Shown: positions 25,353 through 38,156 of the stretch, piece by piece
How the letters are laid out: every line of letters begins with the position of its first letter
How positions within the stretch are numbered: the first letter of the stretch is position 1
Assembly (NCBI RefSeq): GCF_036365525.1
Contig: NC_090382.1
Span: 96,976,352-97,040,351, forward strand
Source of the DNA: Heterodontus francisci
Lineage: Eukaryota
DNA length: 64,000 nucleotides
Direction: 5' to 3'
Notes under the pieces: generated by a model
Database searches by the model: none
The model's input: only the letters and a program-made list of their open reading frames with translations
What the model was told of the DNA's origin: nothing
Position numbers and translations under genes: made by a program

Positions 25353-25937
25353 TAAAAACAGAAATCAACTTGGGTTTATTCTGTTGCCACAAGTTAATTG
25401 AATTTATTTCGATACCTGCTACATATATTTTCAACATAATTTTTCCCCTCTTACACCAACTCTGCTGGTGTGCAAGTATCAAGGCTGATTATGTTTGTAT
25501 GCATTTGATATTCTAAGAATATGTATGTCGCATCATTCTTCAGCTGCTTTTAGCCTTCATCCACCATTTCCAATCAACCAGCCACTACACATCTGTTAAG
25601 TTACCTCCACAATCAGGTGCGTGGGAATTCTGGGGTAATCCTCCCTGCCTCCCATTTTGTGGAGAAGTACTTGGCTGGTGTTCAGCATTTCAGAGCCACA
25701 AAACTCAGTGTATAATTAATCAAATACATGAATTGACATCTTCTATTATGGTGCATTGTTTGTTACTCATGATAAGAATTTAATACTGTATATCATGATT
25801 GATTTGGGCAGGAGAATATCAATACATCGGTCAATTCCTTATCAGCTATTAAATCTGTAATATTACCCGTTTTTAGAACCTAGTGGGGTGAGATTTCCTA
25901 AGCCCTGCTGCAGAAATGTCATTCACTCTGTGCTTAC

Positions 25938-26155
25938 CTTAACAGTTTTCCTACAAGCATCCAGTGCCTTATTCAATGGTGCTAAAACATCTTCCACATT
26001 TGCTTCACAATCAGACATATCTGTAGTGTTTTGCACTGATTTACAAGTGTTGGACAGACTAGAGAGTTTTGGAGGTGGTGGTGGTGGCATCTTCTCAGCG
26101 GCTTCGGAAGGGCCAGATGGTATAATTGCAGGAGGAATTCCAGCTGGTCCACAAA
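25938..26155 (-). CDS. SRA1: SRA1, coding exon 3
   Basis: (V)CGPAGIPPAIIPSGPSEAAEKMPPPPPPK...CEANVEDVLAPLNKALDACRKTVK|GTAAGC; Pro-rich linker plus first helix of the SRA1 domain; phases fit. Confidence 0.92.
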
Positions 26156-26544
26156 CTACAGGAAAAATACAGAATATTGTTAGAATCCTGCCACTGAAAA
26201 AACATTTTTATATCACTATGCTGACAGTAAATGCAATACATGGTGTTTCATAGAAGATAAAAGTGGTTTGTACTAGAATTTATGGAGGAATGGAGTAACC
26301 TCTGAAGTAAGCAATACCACTAAATTAATGTGTTGCCATAGAGTTGCATAATGCGCATAGTGGTAGGAAGTAGCTTCTCAGGCTCATTTTCCCATGTGCT
26401 GAATTCCCAATTGTGGTTTGGAGGAAATGCAAACCAGAAAACAGATGATAGGTCTCAGGAGAGGGAGAAAAGGAAGTTGAGGAAGTTATCCAGCTTACTA
26501 ATGTGCATCTCCTAATGGCACACTAAAGATCAGCATATTACGGT

Positions 26545-26981
26545 ACTAGCTATGAGGAGAGGTTGGATAAACTCAGATTGGTTTCACTGGAACGATGGAG
26601 GTGGAGGGGTGACATGATAGAGGTTTACAACGTTATGAGCGGCATGGACAGAGTGGATAGTTAGAAGCTTTTCCCAGGGTGGAAGAGTCAGTTGCTAGGG
26701 AACATAGGTTTAAGGTGCGAGGGGCAAAGTCTAGAGGGGATGTGCGAGGCAAGTTCTTTACACAGAGGGTGGTGAGCGCCTGAAACTTGCTGCCGGGGGA
26801 GGTGGTGGAAGCAAGTACGATAGCGACGTTTAAGAGGCATCTTGACAAATACATGAATAGGATGGGAATAGAGGGATACGGACCCCGGAAGTGCAGAAGG
26901 TTTTAGTTTAGACAGGCATCAAGATTGGTGCAGGCTTGGAGGGCCGAATGGCCTGTTCTTGTGCTGTACTGTTCTTTGTTG
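26545..26981 (+). mobile_element. CR1 LINE 3' end
   Basis: GGTGACATGATAGAGGTTTAC...TTTACACAGAGGGTGGTG...GGGCCGAATGGCCTGTTC; a close relative lies at 56262-56583. Confidence 0.88.
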
Positions 26982-27342
26982 TTATATGTAGAGGTTGCGT
27001 GCCCACCCCCTCAGCTGGAATAGTGAAACAACTCAGAAAATTACAGATAGGAAGAGATGGTTTAAAAAACACACACAAACTGGTAAAAAAAAGAACACTT
27101 TTACACTGGGGCTGCCCAGTAATACAACAGTTGTTGAGAAAGTCAACATTAATCCATATTTGGTCCTCATATTTTGAGGACCATTGGTGGAGATAGACAT
27201 CAAAAGGGGAAGATCGAATATATGAGAAAAACTAGCAATGGCCACAATTTTGATGTAACTGTAATTCAAATACGTATGCTCACCGATTCCAATCAGATAT
27301 TCTGCCTGTGGCTGCCTGTGTAATGTAGTAACTAATGCTCAC

Positions 27343-27471
27343 CTTTTGGTTTATCCAGTTGAGGTGCTGGTACCCTCTTAGTGAGAAAATGTTTCCTTGG
27401 GCCGATCTGTGCTTGTGTCTGCAAACCATACGAAAATTGAGGAGGATCATTCCAGCCTCGCTCCTGGTTTC
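27343..27471 (-). CDS. SRA1: SRA1, coding exon 2
   Basis: (G)[42 protein letters not shown] contains the SRAP hallmark [12 protein letters not shown]; AG and GTGAGC boundaries. Confidence 0.95.
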
Positions 27472-29002
27472 CTGATTTTTTTTTAATAAAAGGTTTATAA
27501 TTAAGCAAGTCAGTATAAGTGATGATACCAAAAAACCATAAACAACTAACTAAAGTAAACCATTCAAAACTACAACTTGCATTTATCTAACACCTTTAAC
27601 AAATAAAGCATCCCAAAGCACTTGAAAACTGAAGTGGACAGAATATTTAAGAATGTTCTGAATACTTTCACAAATGGGCAGACTGCTCTTTGTGTGACAT
27701 CATCAAATCCTTTTACTTCTTTCCAAGTTCCTTAAACCATGAAATTCCTTTTCACAAAAACCTATTTTTCTCCATAAGCAATGAAGAATGAAAATCGTTC
27801 AGAAACCACATTTTTAAAAGCTACATGTTAACGTGATTTTATTAGTTCATTAACTAGAGGAAAACAAGCACCCGTCTTTGTTAAGCCACAATTTTTTATC
27901 TCCCTATACAAATAACCAGCTAAGGACACACACAGCAGACATTGAGAGCTGCTACTGATGAGCAAACAGAGGACCTGGACAACTTGCATTTCCTCTATTA
28001 CTGCTAAAATAAAGAACTCCACAAGCTCTCTGGTGGCCATCCTCAAATCACTCACAAGATATGAAATTAACACAGTGAAAACAGATAGTTTTGTCTTGTT
28101 GCAAAGGTCTTGTTGTTAGGCTTTCAAATAAGACTCACTCACTCTTATAGGGTGACTCTCAACTGAAGGAACACATAACCTCAGATCCAATGGAGGTATA
28201 TTTCTTTTTAAAAGTACGAAAAGACAATATGCAGGATTAAATAAATTCTGCTACAGCGAGTTTGTGTGCATCAAGGTAAGGATATGAATGAAATATACTT
28301 TTCCATTTTGTCATCATGTCAGCATCAAGTAAAGCTCCCCTTGTTCGTCCCAAAAACACTTACTCATACATCAGTGTAAACCGTTTCACTCTAAACTTGG
28401 GAGTCAGAGAGCTAAAGCACAGAAACAGGCCATTCAGTCCAATGGGTCTATTTCGGCTTTAATACTCCACAAAAGACTCCTCTCATCCCTCTTCATCCAA
28501 CCTTATTGGCATACCCTTCTATTCTTTTGTCCCTCATGTGCTTATCTAGCTTCCCCTTAAACGTATCTCTTTCCCACTGTTGTGTAAACATGCAGCAGAC
28601 AAGTGGCAATTCTGTGCTGTGAATATTGATCTTGTTTAACAGTGACAACCATGTTCAGATAGGCTTGTTGGAAAAGTCAATCAACAAAATTAATCCTGGC
28701 CAGGAAATGTAATATGGCAAGTTTTCTCAAGGAAAACCAAGACAATTTCTTCTCCAGCATTTATTATAAACATTGTTTTCAGGAGTGGGGATAAGTTAGA
28801 GTGAATGTACTTTTTCCTCCATTAAATTTATTATTCTCCTTTAAAATGCTTTCAAGCTGTGAACAGGGATAAAGCACTAATTTTAGGAATTCAAAGTTTT
28901 GTTGAAATATAAACTGTTCATAAATGTGTTGCCAGTGTCCATTACATTATTGAGTGGACAGTAATCTTGGCTCTCTTAGCTCTGTATGGTTATTCCTGAC
29001 AT

Positions 29003-30168
29003 GTTTAGTTTAGAGATACAGCACCGAAACAGGCCCTTTGGCCCACCGAGTCTGTGCCGACCATCAACCACCCATTTATACTTTTCTTCTTTTCTTTTGG
29101 GCCTCGTTATCTCGAGAGACAATGGATACGAGCCTGGAGGTGGTCAGTGGTTTGTGAAGCAGCGCCTGGAGTGGCTATAAAGGCCAATTCTAGAGTGACA
29201 GGCTCTTCCACAGGTGCTGCAGAGAAATTTGTTTGTCGGGGCTGTTGCACAGTTGGCTCTCCCCTTGCGCCTCTGTCTTTTTTCCTGCCAACTACTGAGT
29301 CTCTTCGACTCGCCACATTTTAGCCCTGTCTTTATGGCTGCCCGCCAGCTCTGGCGAACGCTGGCAACTGACTCCCACGACTTGTGATCAATGTCACAGG
29401 ATTTCATGTCGCGTTTGCAGACCTCTTTAAAGCGGAGATGTGGACGGCCAGTGGGTCTGATACCAGTGGCGAGCTCGCTGTACAATGTGTCTTTGGGGAT
29501 CCTGCCATCTTCCATGCGGCTCACATGGCCAAGCCATCTCAAGCGCCGCTGACTCAGTAATGTGTACAAGCTAGGGATGTTGGCCGCCTCGAGGACTTCT
29601 GTGTTGGAGATACGGTCCTGCCACCTGATGCCAAGTATTCTCCGGAGGCAGCGAAGATGGAATGAATTGAGACGTCGCTCTTGGCTGGCATACGTTGTCC
29701 AGGCCTCGCTGCCATAGAGCAAGGTACTGAGGACACAGGCCTGATACACTCGGACTTTTGTGTTCCGTGTCAGTGCGCCATTTTCCCACACTCTCTTGGC
29801 CAGTCTGGACATAGCAGTGGAAGCCTTACCCATGCGCTTGCTGATTTCTGCATCCAGAGACAGGTTACTGGTGATTAGTTTATACTAATCCTAATCCATT
29901 TATACTAATCCTACACTAATTCCATATTCCTACCACATCCCCACCTGTCCCTATATTTCCCTACCACCTACCTATACTAGGGGCAATTTATAATGGCCAA
30001 TTTACCTATCAACCTGCAAGTCTTTGGCATGTGAGAGGAAACCGGAGCACCCGGAGGAAACCCACGCAGACACAGGGAGAACTTGCAAACTCCACACAGG
30101 CAGTAACCAGAATTGAACCCGGGTCGCTGGAGCTGTGAGGCTGCGGTGCTAACCACTGCGCCGCCCAT
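29003..30168 (-). mobile_element. HE1-type V-SINE split by an RTE insertion
   Basis: SINE tail at 29003-29082 and body/head at 29896-30168, near-identical to copies at 5041-5393 and 32225-32558. Confidence 0.9.
29083..29875 (-). mobile_element. 5'-truncated RTE-clade LINE with uninterrupted C-terminal ORF
   Basis: 229-aa ORF 29144-29833 (VYQACVLSTLLYGSEAW, RRLRWLGHVSRMEDGRIPK, C2H2-like CSTCGRACHSRIGLYSH); (GAAAA)n tail; TSD CCATTTATACT at 29072-29082 and 29896-29906. Confidence 0.93.
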
Positions 30169-31557
30169 GGTAAACTAAGCTGAGCCATATTTATTCAAAG
30201 TCATTAAAAGGGCCATTGCAGCTTAACCCAGGCGTGTTCCTGACTTTAGTGTTTTTCGTCCTGTTAGATCTGTGGTATCAACAATGCAGCATTTAAATAT
30301 GATTGCATGTACTAAGTACTATTCTTTGACAAAAGCACACTGAATAATTTATTTATATTTATGTTTTTAATAAAAAGATACACACGCAAGTGACATATAC
30401 ACAAAGACTGTGTGCACAAAATAATGGTTGCAACATGGCATGCTTAAAAGTGTCTGCCCTAGTAGGACGAGCAGTGAGTCATGCCCAGCAAGGTGGGCTA
30501 TGTATTTTTTTTTATCTATCCACCATGTTGTTGTTGTCACTCCCTGCGTGACACTGATGTACAGTTCAGCCACCTGGTTGATTCTGCTAGGAGCATATGA
30601 CATTTGCGTCTCTTTTTTAATTTTAATCACTCCAACATTGGTGGTATGCCTTCAGGTGCCTAGGTCTTAGGCTATGGAAATCCCTCCCTAAACCTCTCCG
30701 CCTCACCTTCCTCCTTTAAGACAATCCTCAAAACCTTGGTCATCTGCCTCAATATTTCCTTATGTCACCGAAGGTCATATTTTGTTTTATAATGTTCCTG
30801 TGAAGCACCTTGGGCCATCTTATGTTAAAGACACTACTGAAATACAAGTTCCACTTAACAGCTTACTTTCCAGCCCAGGTCTATTAACTACAATCCTAGA
30901 TGCAACTAACAGTCTCAGAAGTAACCTTTGTCCTCTGAAGGACATTGTTTTACTCAAGCGGACGTGGACTCGGAGTGGGGGGTGGGGAGGATTCAGAATG
31001 AAAGGCCTTTGAAAAGAGGGCGGTCTGATGCAGGAAGCTGAGATTCTCTTTAATTACTCGCGGCATTTTTTTCTTTTTCTCCTCTGTGACTATGAATGTT
31101 ACACCTCCACCTCCTCTGACCCTTTCCTTTCCTTTGTCTTCCATTCTTCCCAGTTTTAGAGCTATCACCTCCGAATGTCACTGACAGGACAATGTTGCTT
31201 TTAAATGGTTTTCCCAGAATTGTTTTTTTTAAATACAAACTGGGCAACGTTTTTAATAAATATATGTTGAAGCATTGCTTCAACTTCCCACTCCATCTTG
31301 TCATATGCAAACATTATCGAAGTGATAAATGAATATAGAACTGCAGCCTCATCAGCCCCAAACCCAAGTACCAGCAGCCTGTGTAGTAACACGTCACCAC
31401 CCACTGCCAGCTCCAACTTAGTGCCACGAAACCAAGGCAACAGTCAGATGCCGGGCCCCTGGCAGCTCTACCACCATCCTGCCCTCATTCACCTCGGCTG
31501 ACTTTAACTCCAGCCGTCATTCCCCGCACGAATTCGTTTGCTTTTCTTTCACTTCAC

Positions 31558-31582
31558 CTGGTTTCACGAACATATCCGACAT
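31558..31582 (-). CDS. SRA1: SRA1 / SRAP (steroid receptor RNA activator 1), coding exon 1
   Basis: ATG TCG GAT ATG TTC GTG AAA CCA G|GTGAAG = MSDMFVKP(G), comparable to MAELYVKPG of SRAP; lies in a CpG-rich stretch. Confidence 0.88.
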
Positions 31583-31589
31583 TTCGTCG

Positions 31590-31700
31590 CTGCTTCAACC
31601 ACCGCTTCCTCACCGGCTGTGCGTTTCCGGTTTACAGGCGTCACTTCCGCAAGCCAGCGTGATCACATCACTGTATGTCAAGATGCAGCCGGAAGTGTCC
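31590..31700 (-). promoter_or_regulatory. SRA1 promoter / 5'UTR with ETS (GABP-type) motifs
   Basis: CpG-rich stretch just upstream of the ATG with TTTCCGG, CACTTCCG and CCGGAAGTG; no TATA box. Confidence 0.65.
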
Positions 31701-31705
31701 ATGCC

Positions 31706-32612
31706 GTACATATGCTGTTCTCAGTACTGTTGAGTGTGCCATGTGCTGCTGTCAGTGCCGTACAGTGTGGCATGTGGCAGTCTCAGTACCGTGCAGTGTG
31801 GCATGTGGCAGTCTCAGTACCATACAGTGTGGCAATGTGCTGTGCAGCCGACTGTGCAACAGCCCCGACAACCAATTTTATCTACAGCGCCAGTGGAAGT
31901 CTGTCACTCTAGAATTGGCCTTTTATAGCCACTCCAGGCACTGCTTCACAAACCACTGACCACCTCTAGGCGCTTACCCATTGGCTTTCGAGACAAGGAG
32001 GCCAAAGAAAGTAGAAGCGAAGACAGTGTGGCATGTGCTGTTCTCAGTACCATACAGTGTGGCATGTGCTGTTCTGTGCTGTGCAGTGCGGCATGTGCTC
32101 TTCTCAGTGTCGTACAGTGTGGCATGTGGCACTCTCAGTACCGTAGTGTGGCATGTGCTGTTCTCAGTACCGTACAGTGTGGCATGTGGCACTCTCAGTA
32201 CCGTACATTGTGGCATATTTTTTTTTTTATTTAGAGATACAGCACTGAAACAGGCCCTTCGGCCCACCGAGTCTGTGCCGACCATCAACCACCCATTTAT
32301 ACTAATCCTACACTAATTCCATATTCCTACCACATCCCCACCTGTCCCTATATTTTCCTACCACCTACCTATACTAGGGGCAATTTATAATGGCCAATTT
32401 ACCTATCAACCTGCATGTGGGAGGAAACCGGAGCACCCGGAGGAAACCCACACAGACACAGGGAGAACTTGAAAACTCCACACAGGCAGTACCCAGAATT
32501 GAACCCGGGTCGCTGGAGCTGTGAGGCTGCGGTGCTAACCACTGCGCCACTGTGCCGCCGTGTGGCATGTGCTGTTCTCAGTGCCGTTAAGTGTGGCCTG
32601 TGGCGCTCTCAG
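31706..32612 (+). repeat. About 31-bp minisatellite upstream of SRA1, interrupted by an RTE 3' end (about 31850-32022, +) and a V-SINE (about 32225-32558, -)
   Basis: Unit approximately GTGGCATGTG(CTGT/GCAC)TCTCAGTACCGTACAGT repeated more than 10 times; the inserts match the RTE tail at 29085-29260 and the SINE at 29896-30168. Confidence 0.9.
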
Positions 32613-33030
32613 TGGCGAGAGCCATTGATTTGATTCAGTGCCATATTGCGAACCCTCCTACTACAAAGCGCAAGTATTACAGTTTAAATGAAATTCAGTC
32701 AGTAGATTTCCTTCTCTGCAAACTATATCTTAATATCATCTTGATTGACTTGATCTATCTTCTCACAAGTTTTAATGTGCATTGTAGGGTTGATCTCAGA
32801 GCTGAAGGAGACATTTTGCAACCTTAGTGATCTGTCTGACCTTGAGATGAGCTTCAGACCCTATGTCCAATACATCACCAAGAACGCCTATTTCCACCTC
32901 TGGAACATCACCCATCACCCTCCCTGCTTCAACTCAATGGCTGCTGATATCCTCATTTATGTCTTCTTGACTTGACTGTTACAATGCTCTGGAAGCAGAG
33001 AATGCTGGAAATAGTCAGGTCAGACTAACC

Positions 33031-33439
33031 AGCTGAATTTTACGTCTGGGGTCGGGACCCTGATGTCAGGCGCATTTCCGGGCCCACACTGCATCATCGC
33101 GCAATTTTTGACAAGCTGGCCAGGGAGCACGCTTGCCCTCCAACTAAGGAGATCACCAGCCCCACCATTAGAGGTGGGAGCGACCGATGTAGATAGGAGA
33201 GGGCGCCTCCAGTAAGCAGAGTGGCATTAATAGGCCCTTAATGATGGCTAATTGGCTACCTGCTGCTTGTGGGTGGGTATCCATTCCCCCAACCCACCCC
33301 AACCCCCTCCCCAAACTGACATGTTCCAAAATGGCCCAGAGCCAGGGACATGCTGGCAAATCAGCATGCCGGCCGAAGGCAGGAAATTGTGGTCCTGTTG
33401 CCTCCAGTCCCAACTCCCCAGCCATTTAAAAATTCGGCT
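33031..33439. mobile_element. Non-autonomous Harbinger-type MITE nested in a Penelope remnant within an L2
   Basis: Termini AGCTGAATTTTA ... TAAAAATTCGGCT are inverted repeats resembling the GGGCTGAATTTTA end at 59730. Confidence 0.6.
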
Positions 33440-34692
33440 CCAACATTTCAGGTCAAATGCTGCCTGACCTGAGTATTTCTTGTTTTTATTTCAAATTTCA
33501 AGCATCTGCAATATTTTGACTTTTTTTATTCCAGTGTTCTCCTGGCCTGTCTTCTTTCTTCCATCCTTTATAAATTTGAACACTTACAAAACTCTGCTGT
33601 CTCTATTCTGACTATGTCGTTCCCAACTGCCCCACTTTCAGCAAGAATCTACCGAATGGGCGACGGGTCACCCGAGCGCTGCTTTGGCAACTCAGGATAA
33701 AAAGCCCTTGTATGTTTTCTGCATGTGCAGTACCCTGGCTTGCAACCAAATTGCTTCATCTGAGCCGCACTGATCCCCCACAATCTCTTGCAGAGTTAGC
33801 ACAGGCTCAACAAGCTGAATGGCTTCCTGCAGTGTTGTGCCCATTCGATGAATGCCATTTCTTTGCAAGTTGTGAGGATGACGGTATGGGGGGCCAACAG
33901 AAACCGCCTGGAAACTCCGTGAGTCCCACAAAAGAAACTGGGATAGGGAAAGAGACAGAGAAACACAAACTGTGTGGGAAGAGGCAGAGAGAGGGAGAGA
34001 ATCACAAACTAGGGAGGTCAGAAAGAAACAAACACAAAGGTCAGAGAAGCTAAACTGGGGAGGAAAATAAAGTGGGGAGGTCAAATATTTTATTTAGGTG
34101 ATATTTAGACAGTCATCTACAGTAAATGCAATAACATTTGCAAATAGTCAGCAAATTTCACGTGATCAAATGTTATGTGATTAAGCCTTGATTTTAAAAT
34201 TCTCATCTTTGTTTACAAATCCTTCTGTGGCCTTGCCCTCCCTACCTCTAACTTCTTGCAGTTCTGACTTCTTATGCATCCCTGATTTTGAATGTTACAA
34301 CATTCGCAGCTGTGATTTCAGATGCTTAGGTCCTAAACTCTGGAAATCTCTCCCCCAACATCTCCACCTCTCTCCTCCTTTAAGACACTCCTTAAAACCT
34401 TCCTCTTTCGATCAAATTTTTGCTCACCTGTCCTAATATCTCCTTAAGTGGCTCCATGTTAAATTTTGTTTGATAACACTCCTGTGAAGTGCCTTGGGAT
34501 GTTTTACTATGTTAAAGGTGCTAATACAAATGCAAGTTGTTGTTCCCTGAAAAACACTGATCTGTTAAAGCTGCCCTTTTGAATTTATGGAATTTTAAAT
34601 TTATGGAATTTCTGTCACCAACCTCATTTAGCATCAGTGTTTGTTTAAAATAATGAGGGAAAAAATCAGGTGTAAATTCCTGTCACATAATG

Positions 34693-35290
34693 TCAGCTGT
34701 GGCTCAGTGGTAGCTCTCTCACCTGTAAGTCAGAAGGTTGTGCTGTAACAATTCTGTTATTCTGTAGATAGTTATCTGAAAAGGAAGAATGTGCAAGGTT
34801 ACAGGGAGAAGGCGGGGGAATGGCACTAAGTAAATTGCTCATTCCGATAGCTGGTGCAGACACGATGGGCCGAATGGCCTCCTTCTGTTCTGTAACAATT
34901 CCGTGATTCAAGTTCTGCTGCAGAGACCTGAGCACTTAATCTAGGCTGACACTCCAATGCAGTCGTGAGGGTGTGCTGCAAGTGGAAGTGCCATCTTTTG
35001 GATGATACATTAAAATGAGGTCCCATCTGCTCTCTCAGCTGGACATAAAAGATCCCATGCATTGTTTCAAAAAAGAGCATAGGAATTCTTGCCGATGTCC
35101 TGGCCAAAAGTTAATCACTAAAATAACTCCATCACATTGCTGTTTGCCGAACATTGCTGTGTGCAAAATAGCTGCTGTGGTTCCCTAAAATATAACAGTG
35201 ACTACACGTTAAAGAAAAAGTACTTAATCAGTTATAAAACACTTGGACGTCCTGAAGTCATGAAAGGTACCACATAAATTAAAATGTTTT
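34693..35290 (+). mobile_element. Deu-domain SINE interrupted by a short CR1-tail fragment
   Basis: Head CAGCTGTGGCTCAGTGGTAGC; body AAAAGATCCCATG...GTCCTGGCCAA...CACATTGCTGTTTG; insert about 34745-34905. Confidence 0.7.
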
Positions 35291-35494
35291 CTGCTTGTAC
35301 AAAGATCTGTATGAATTGCTTGAGTTTTAAATTGCTAAAAAGGTCAATCTGAGCACTAAATTGAAACCACGCATTAATCCTACTGCTTCTGCAATCCTTT
35401 TTAATATGGCATCCATTTTTGCACTCATGGTGATATTAGAGAAACTTTTCCCATTTCAGGGACATAGTGTCAGTACCAAGGACTGGTCAGGTAC

Positions 35495-35890
35495 AGCATA
35501 ACCAGACACAGAGTAAAGCTTCCCCCACTGGTCCAACATTCCCAATTTCAACCTTACTACACCAGTGTGCTTCTTCACATTTCCCACACCAGCTGTCCTT
35601 TGGGTTCTATACAATTCTCAAGGGAAGTTAGGGGTGGGCAATAAATGCTGGCCTTGCCAGTGACACCCACATTCGATGATTTAAAAAAAAAAGATGGCCA
35701 ATTACGACTGAATTAGAAAGTTTTCTGTTGTATGCAAATCAGCACTAGGATCTGGATTGGGGCTTTGCAAACTTATTTTGCAGAGCACTTAGTCAGCAGA
35801 CAAAAAAAGTTTTATCCTATTAGTCTGGGTTAGACTTGAACTCAGATCCCAGAGGTGAAAGGCCAGTATCTAGACCACTCCTACACCACT
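35495..35890 (-). mobile_element. Degenerate LF-SINE-like element
   Basis: Reverse strand reads GATACTGGCCTTTCACCTCTGGGATCTGAGTTCAAGTC...GTGGGGGAAGCTTTACT, resembling the LF-SINE head and 3' region as recalled. Confidence 0.5.
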
Positions 35891-38072
35891 GAGTTTTCAA
35901 TAAGATACATTCCAATGATAATTTCACAAGGACAATTGATACTGATTTCTATAATATATGACTATGGTTTATTTTTAAATTTATTAAAGAAATCTCTTCA
36001 AGGCCTCAAACTTGACTAATCAATCTAAAAGAACAATATCAGGCATTGAAGCCAAGTGAAACAGTATAGCTGTTTGCAATAATTAAATCCACTTTCAGGT
36101 TCATCACTATAGCAGCCCAAGATACTACATTTTAATATAAGGTCCAATTCTTCTGCTGCATTGAACAATGTTAATCCTGTACAGAAGAATGCAGTAAGCA
36201 TATAAGGATTGTGGTTTTCTGGATTAAAGGCTTGAGTTGAATTGTATAAGGATGGTCAGGGAGTTGCTTCAGGGCACTTGAAGCTTTTATTTTGTAAAAA
36301 AAAAATCAAAATGGGAAATCAAGCTTATATCAAGCTGAAATCAAGTGAAGAGAAGACACAGGAATCCGACTTGGATGGAAACCTGCAATATTATCAACTG
36401 GAATTCTACGCCTCACGGCAACATGGCATGGCACCGTGCGCACAAGTGAACTATTTAATGTTAAGAATGAAGACAAAGTAACACCACACTTTGATTTTTT
36501 TTCATATTCTTTCATCTGTCGATTTCGTAAACAATATATTTTGGTGAATTCCTATTATGTAATCAGTGAAGATCAAAGTTTACAGGCACAACAGCAAAAT
36601 ACTGCAGATGCTGGAACTCAAATAAAACCAAAGATTCTGGAAATATTCAGGTCAGGCAGCAGCTGTGGAGAGAAACACAGAGCTAACATGATGGGTCATT
36701 GACCCACAATAAGTTCTGATGAAAAGGTCATCAACCTGAAACATTAACTCTGTTTCTCTCTCCACAGCTGCCTGACCTGCTGAGAAAACCAGAAGATGCT
36801 GAAAATAATTTCAGAATTTTCAGACAACTGTTCAGATCAACCTAAACCACAACAAACCAAAATATTGCTCCAAGATTTTACAAAAATGTCCCACTATTAA
36901 TTCTGCTATGTGCTTCTACAAGTACCATAACCAAGAAACTAACTTCAATATATGAATTCTCATGCAAAATTTTTTTTTTGAAGCAGTAAAATGCATTTTA
37001 AAGCTCACACGTCTGTGGCCCAGAATTTGCTGGGGTGGGGTATTTCGTGGCATGTGCCGTTAGCTCCAATTATTTTACCCTTTAGCTCCAATTATTTTTA
37101 CACCTCAAATTACTGTAAATACAAATCAATAATGACACGGCAGCATGGTAAACTGCAGGATCAACAGTTTATCTCCTTAAAGAAGTTTAAGGATAGTGAA
37201 AGAAATGGATGCTACCAGTGGGAGTGGTTGCTCTGGTTGTCTGCCTGCCTGCCTTTCTTTTGCATCCAGGTGGCCACCAGTACACTTGAGGGCTTCCCTG
37301 ATTAGTAGAGACGGAACTACATTGTCAAGACAGTAGATAATATTCTTACTTAATTTATTAAGTTTCCTTTTTTTAAAGAAAAAGTTCAGCTTTTATTGTT
37401 TATGCTATTTAAAAAAGTGGGGACGCTTTTGTTAGATTACTTTTTATTTGGGCTGATGATCTTATTGGTCTAATTAAGAGGAGGGTGAATGACAGAAAAG
37501 AAAATAGGATGAATTTGAATCAAATTAGATATAAAAAGAGAAATAAATATTGGATTGAGAGAAAAAAAAGAGACAAAGCATGTGAATTTTTTTAAAATTG
37601 AAAAGCCTGTAGGGACAATTTACTATCCGCAGGAGCGAGACTTCAGTTTTAATTGTTCCCTTTCTGAGCCTCCAAGATTGAGTGGCATGTCAGGACTATT
37701 AATCACCCCATTTAACAGGGACCTTATAACGCGAGATGGCTGCCCTAACTTCCTGAGTCGGGTTTCATTGTATTTGCAGTACAAATCCAGCAATTCCTTG
37801 ACACACAAGGGGAGGGTGAGAGCGAGATTCTGTCCAGCAATTTATGGCGATTCACAACTAACGGCATATTTCTTCCTCAACACAAATTCCTGGGTTCTTT
37901 ACACAGTAATAACGGTGTGCTCCGTGAACTCGCCCGTATTTTTCCAGCAAGCTTTGGGCCATTAAATCCTTCAGGCACTTCAACAGTTTGTCTTCTACAC
38001 TGCTCTTCTCAAAGTTCAGTAATACTCTGTAGGAACAATTCGGTCACCACGTCATATGTCTTTAAGTCTTCT

Positions 38073-38156
38073 TTACTTTCCCAAATTTGAGAAATCTGGA
38101 CCTCCACCACCATAGTTCCCAGAAATGTCAGCTCCACTGAAGTCAAAGCCAGGGTG
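38073..38156 (-). CDS. NUDCD2: NUDCD2, coding exon 4 (terminal)
   Basis: acag|HPGFDFSGADISGNYGGGGPDFSNLGK*; total CDS 474 nt = 157 aa + TAA. Confidence 0.95.
   Translation of the reverse strand, partial: HPGFDFSGADISGNYGGGGPDFSNLGK

Noticed and set aside
31706-32220. Regularly spaced 31-bp repeats as a CRISPR-like array
   Set aside because: Units are contiguous with no unique spacers, and the context is vertebrate; it is a minisatellite.
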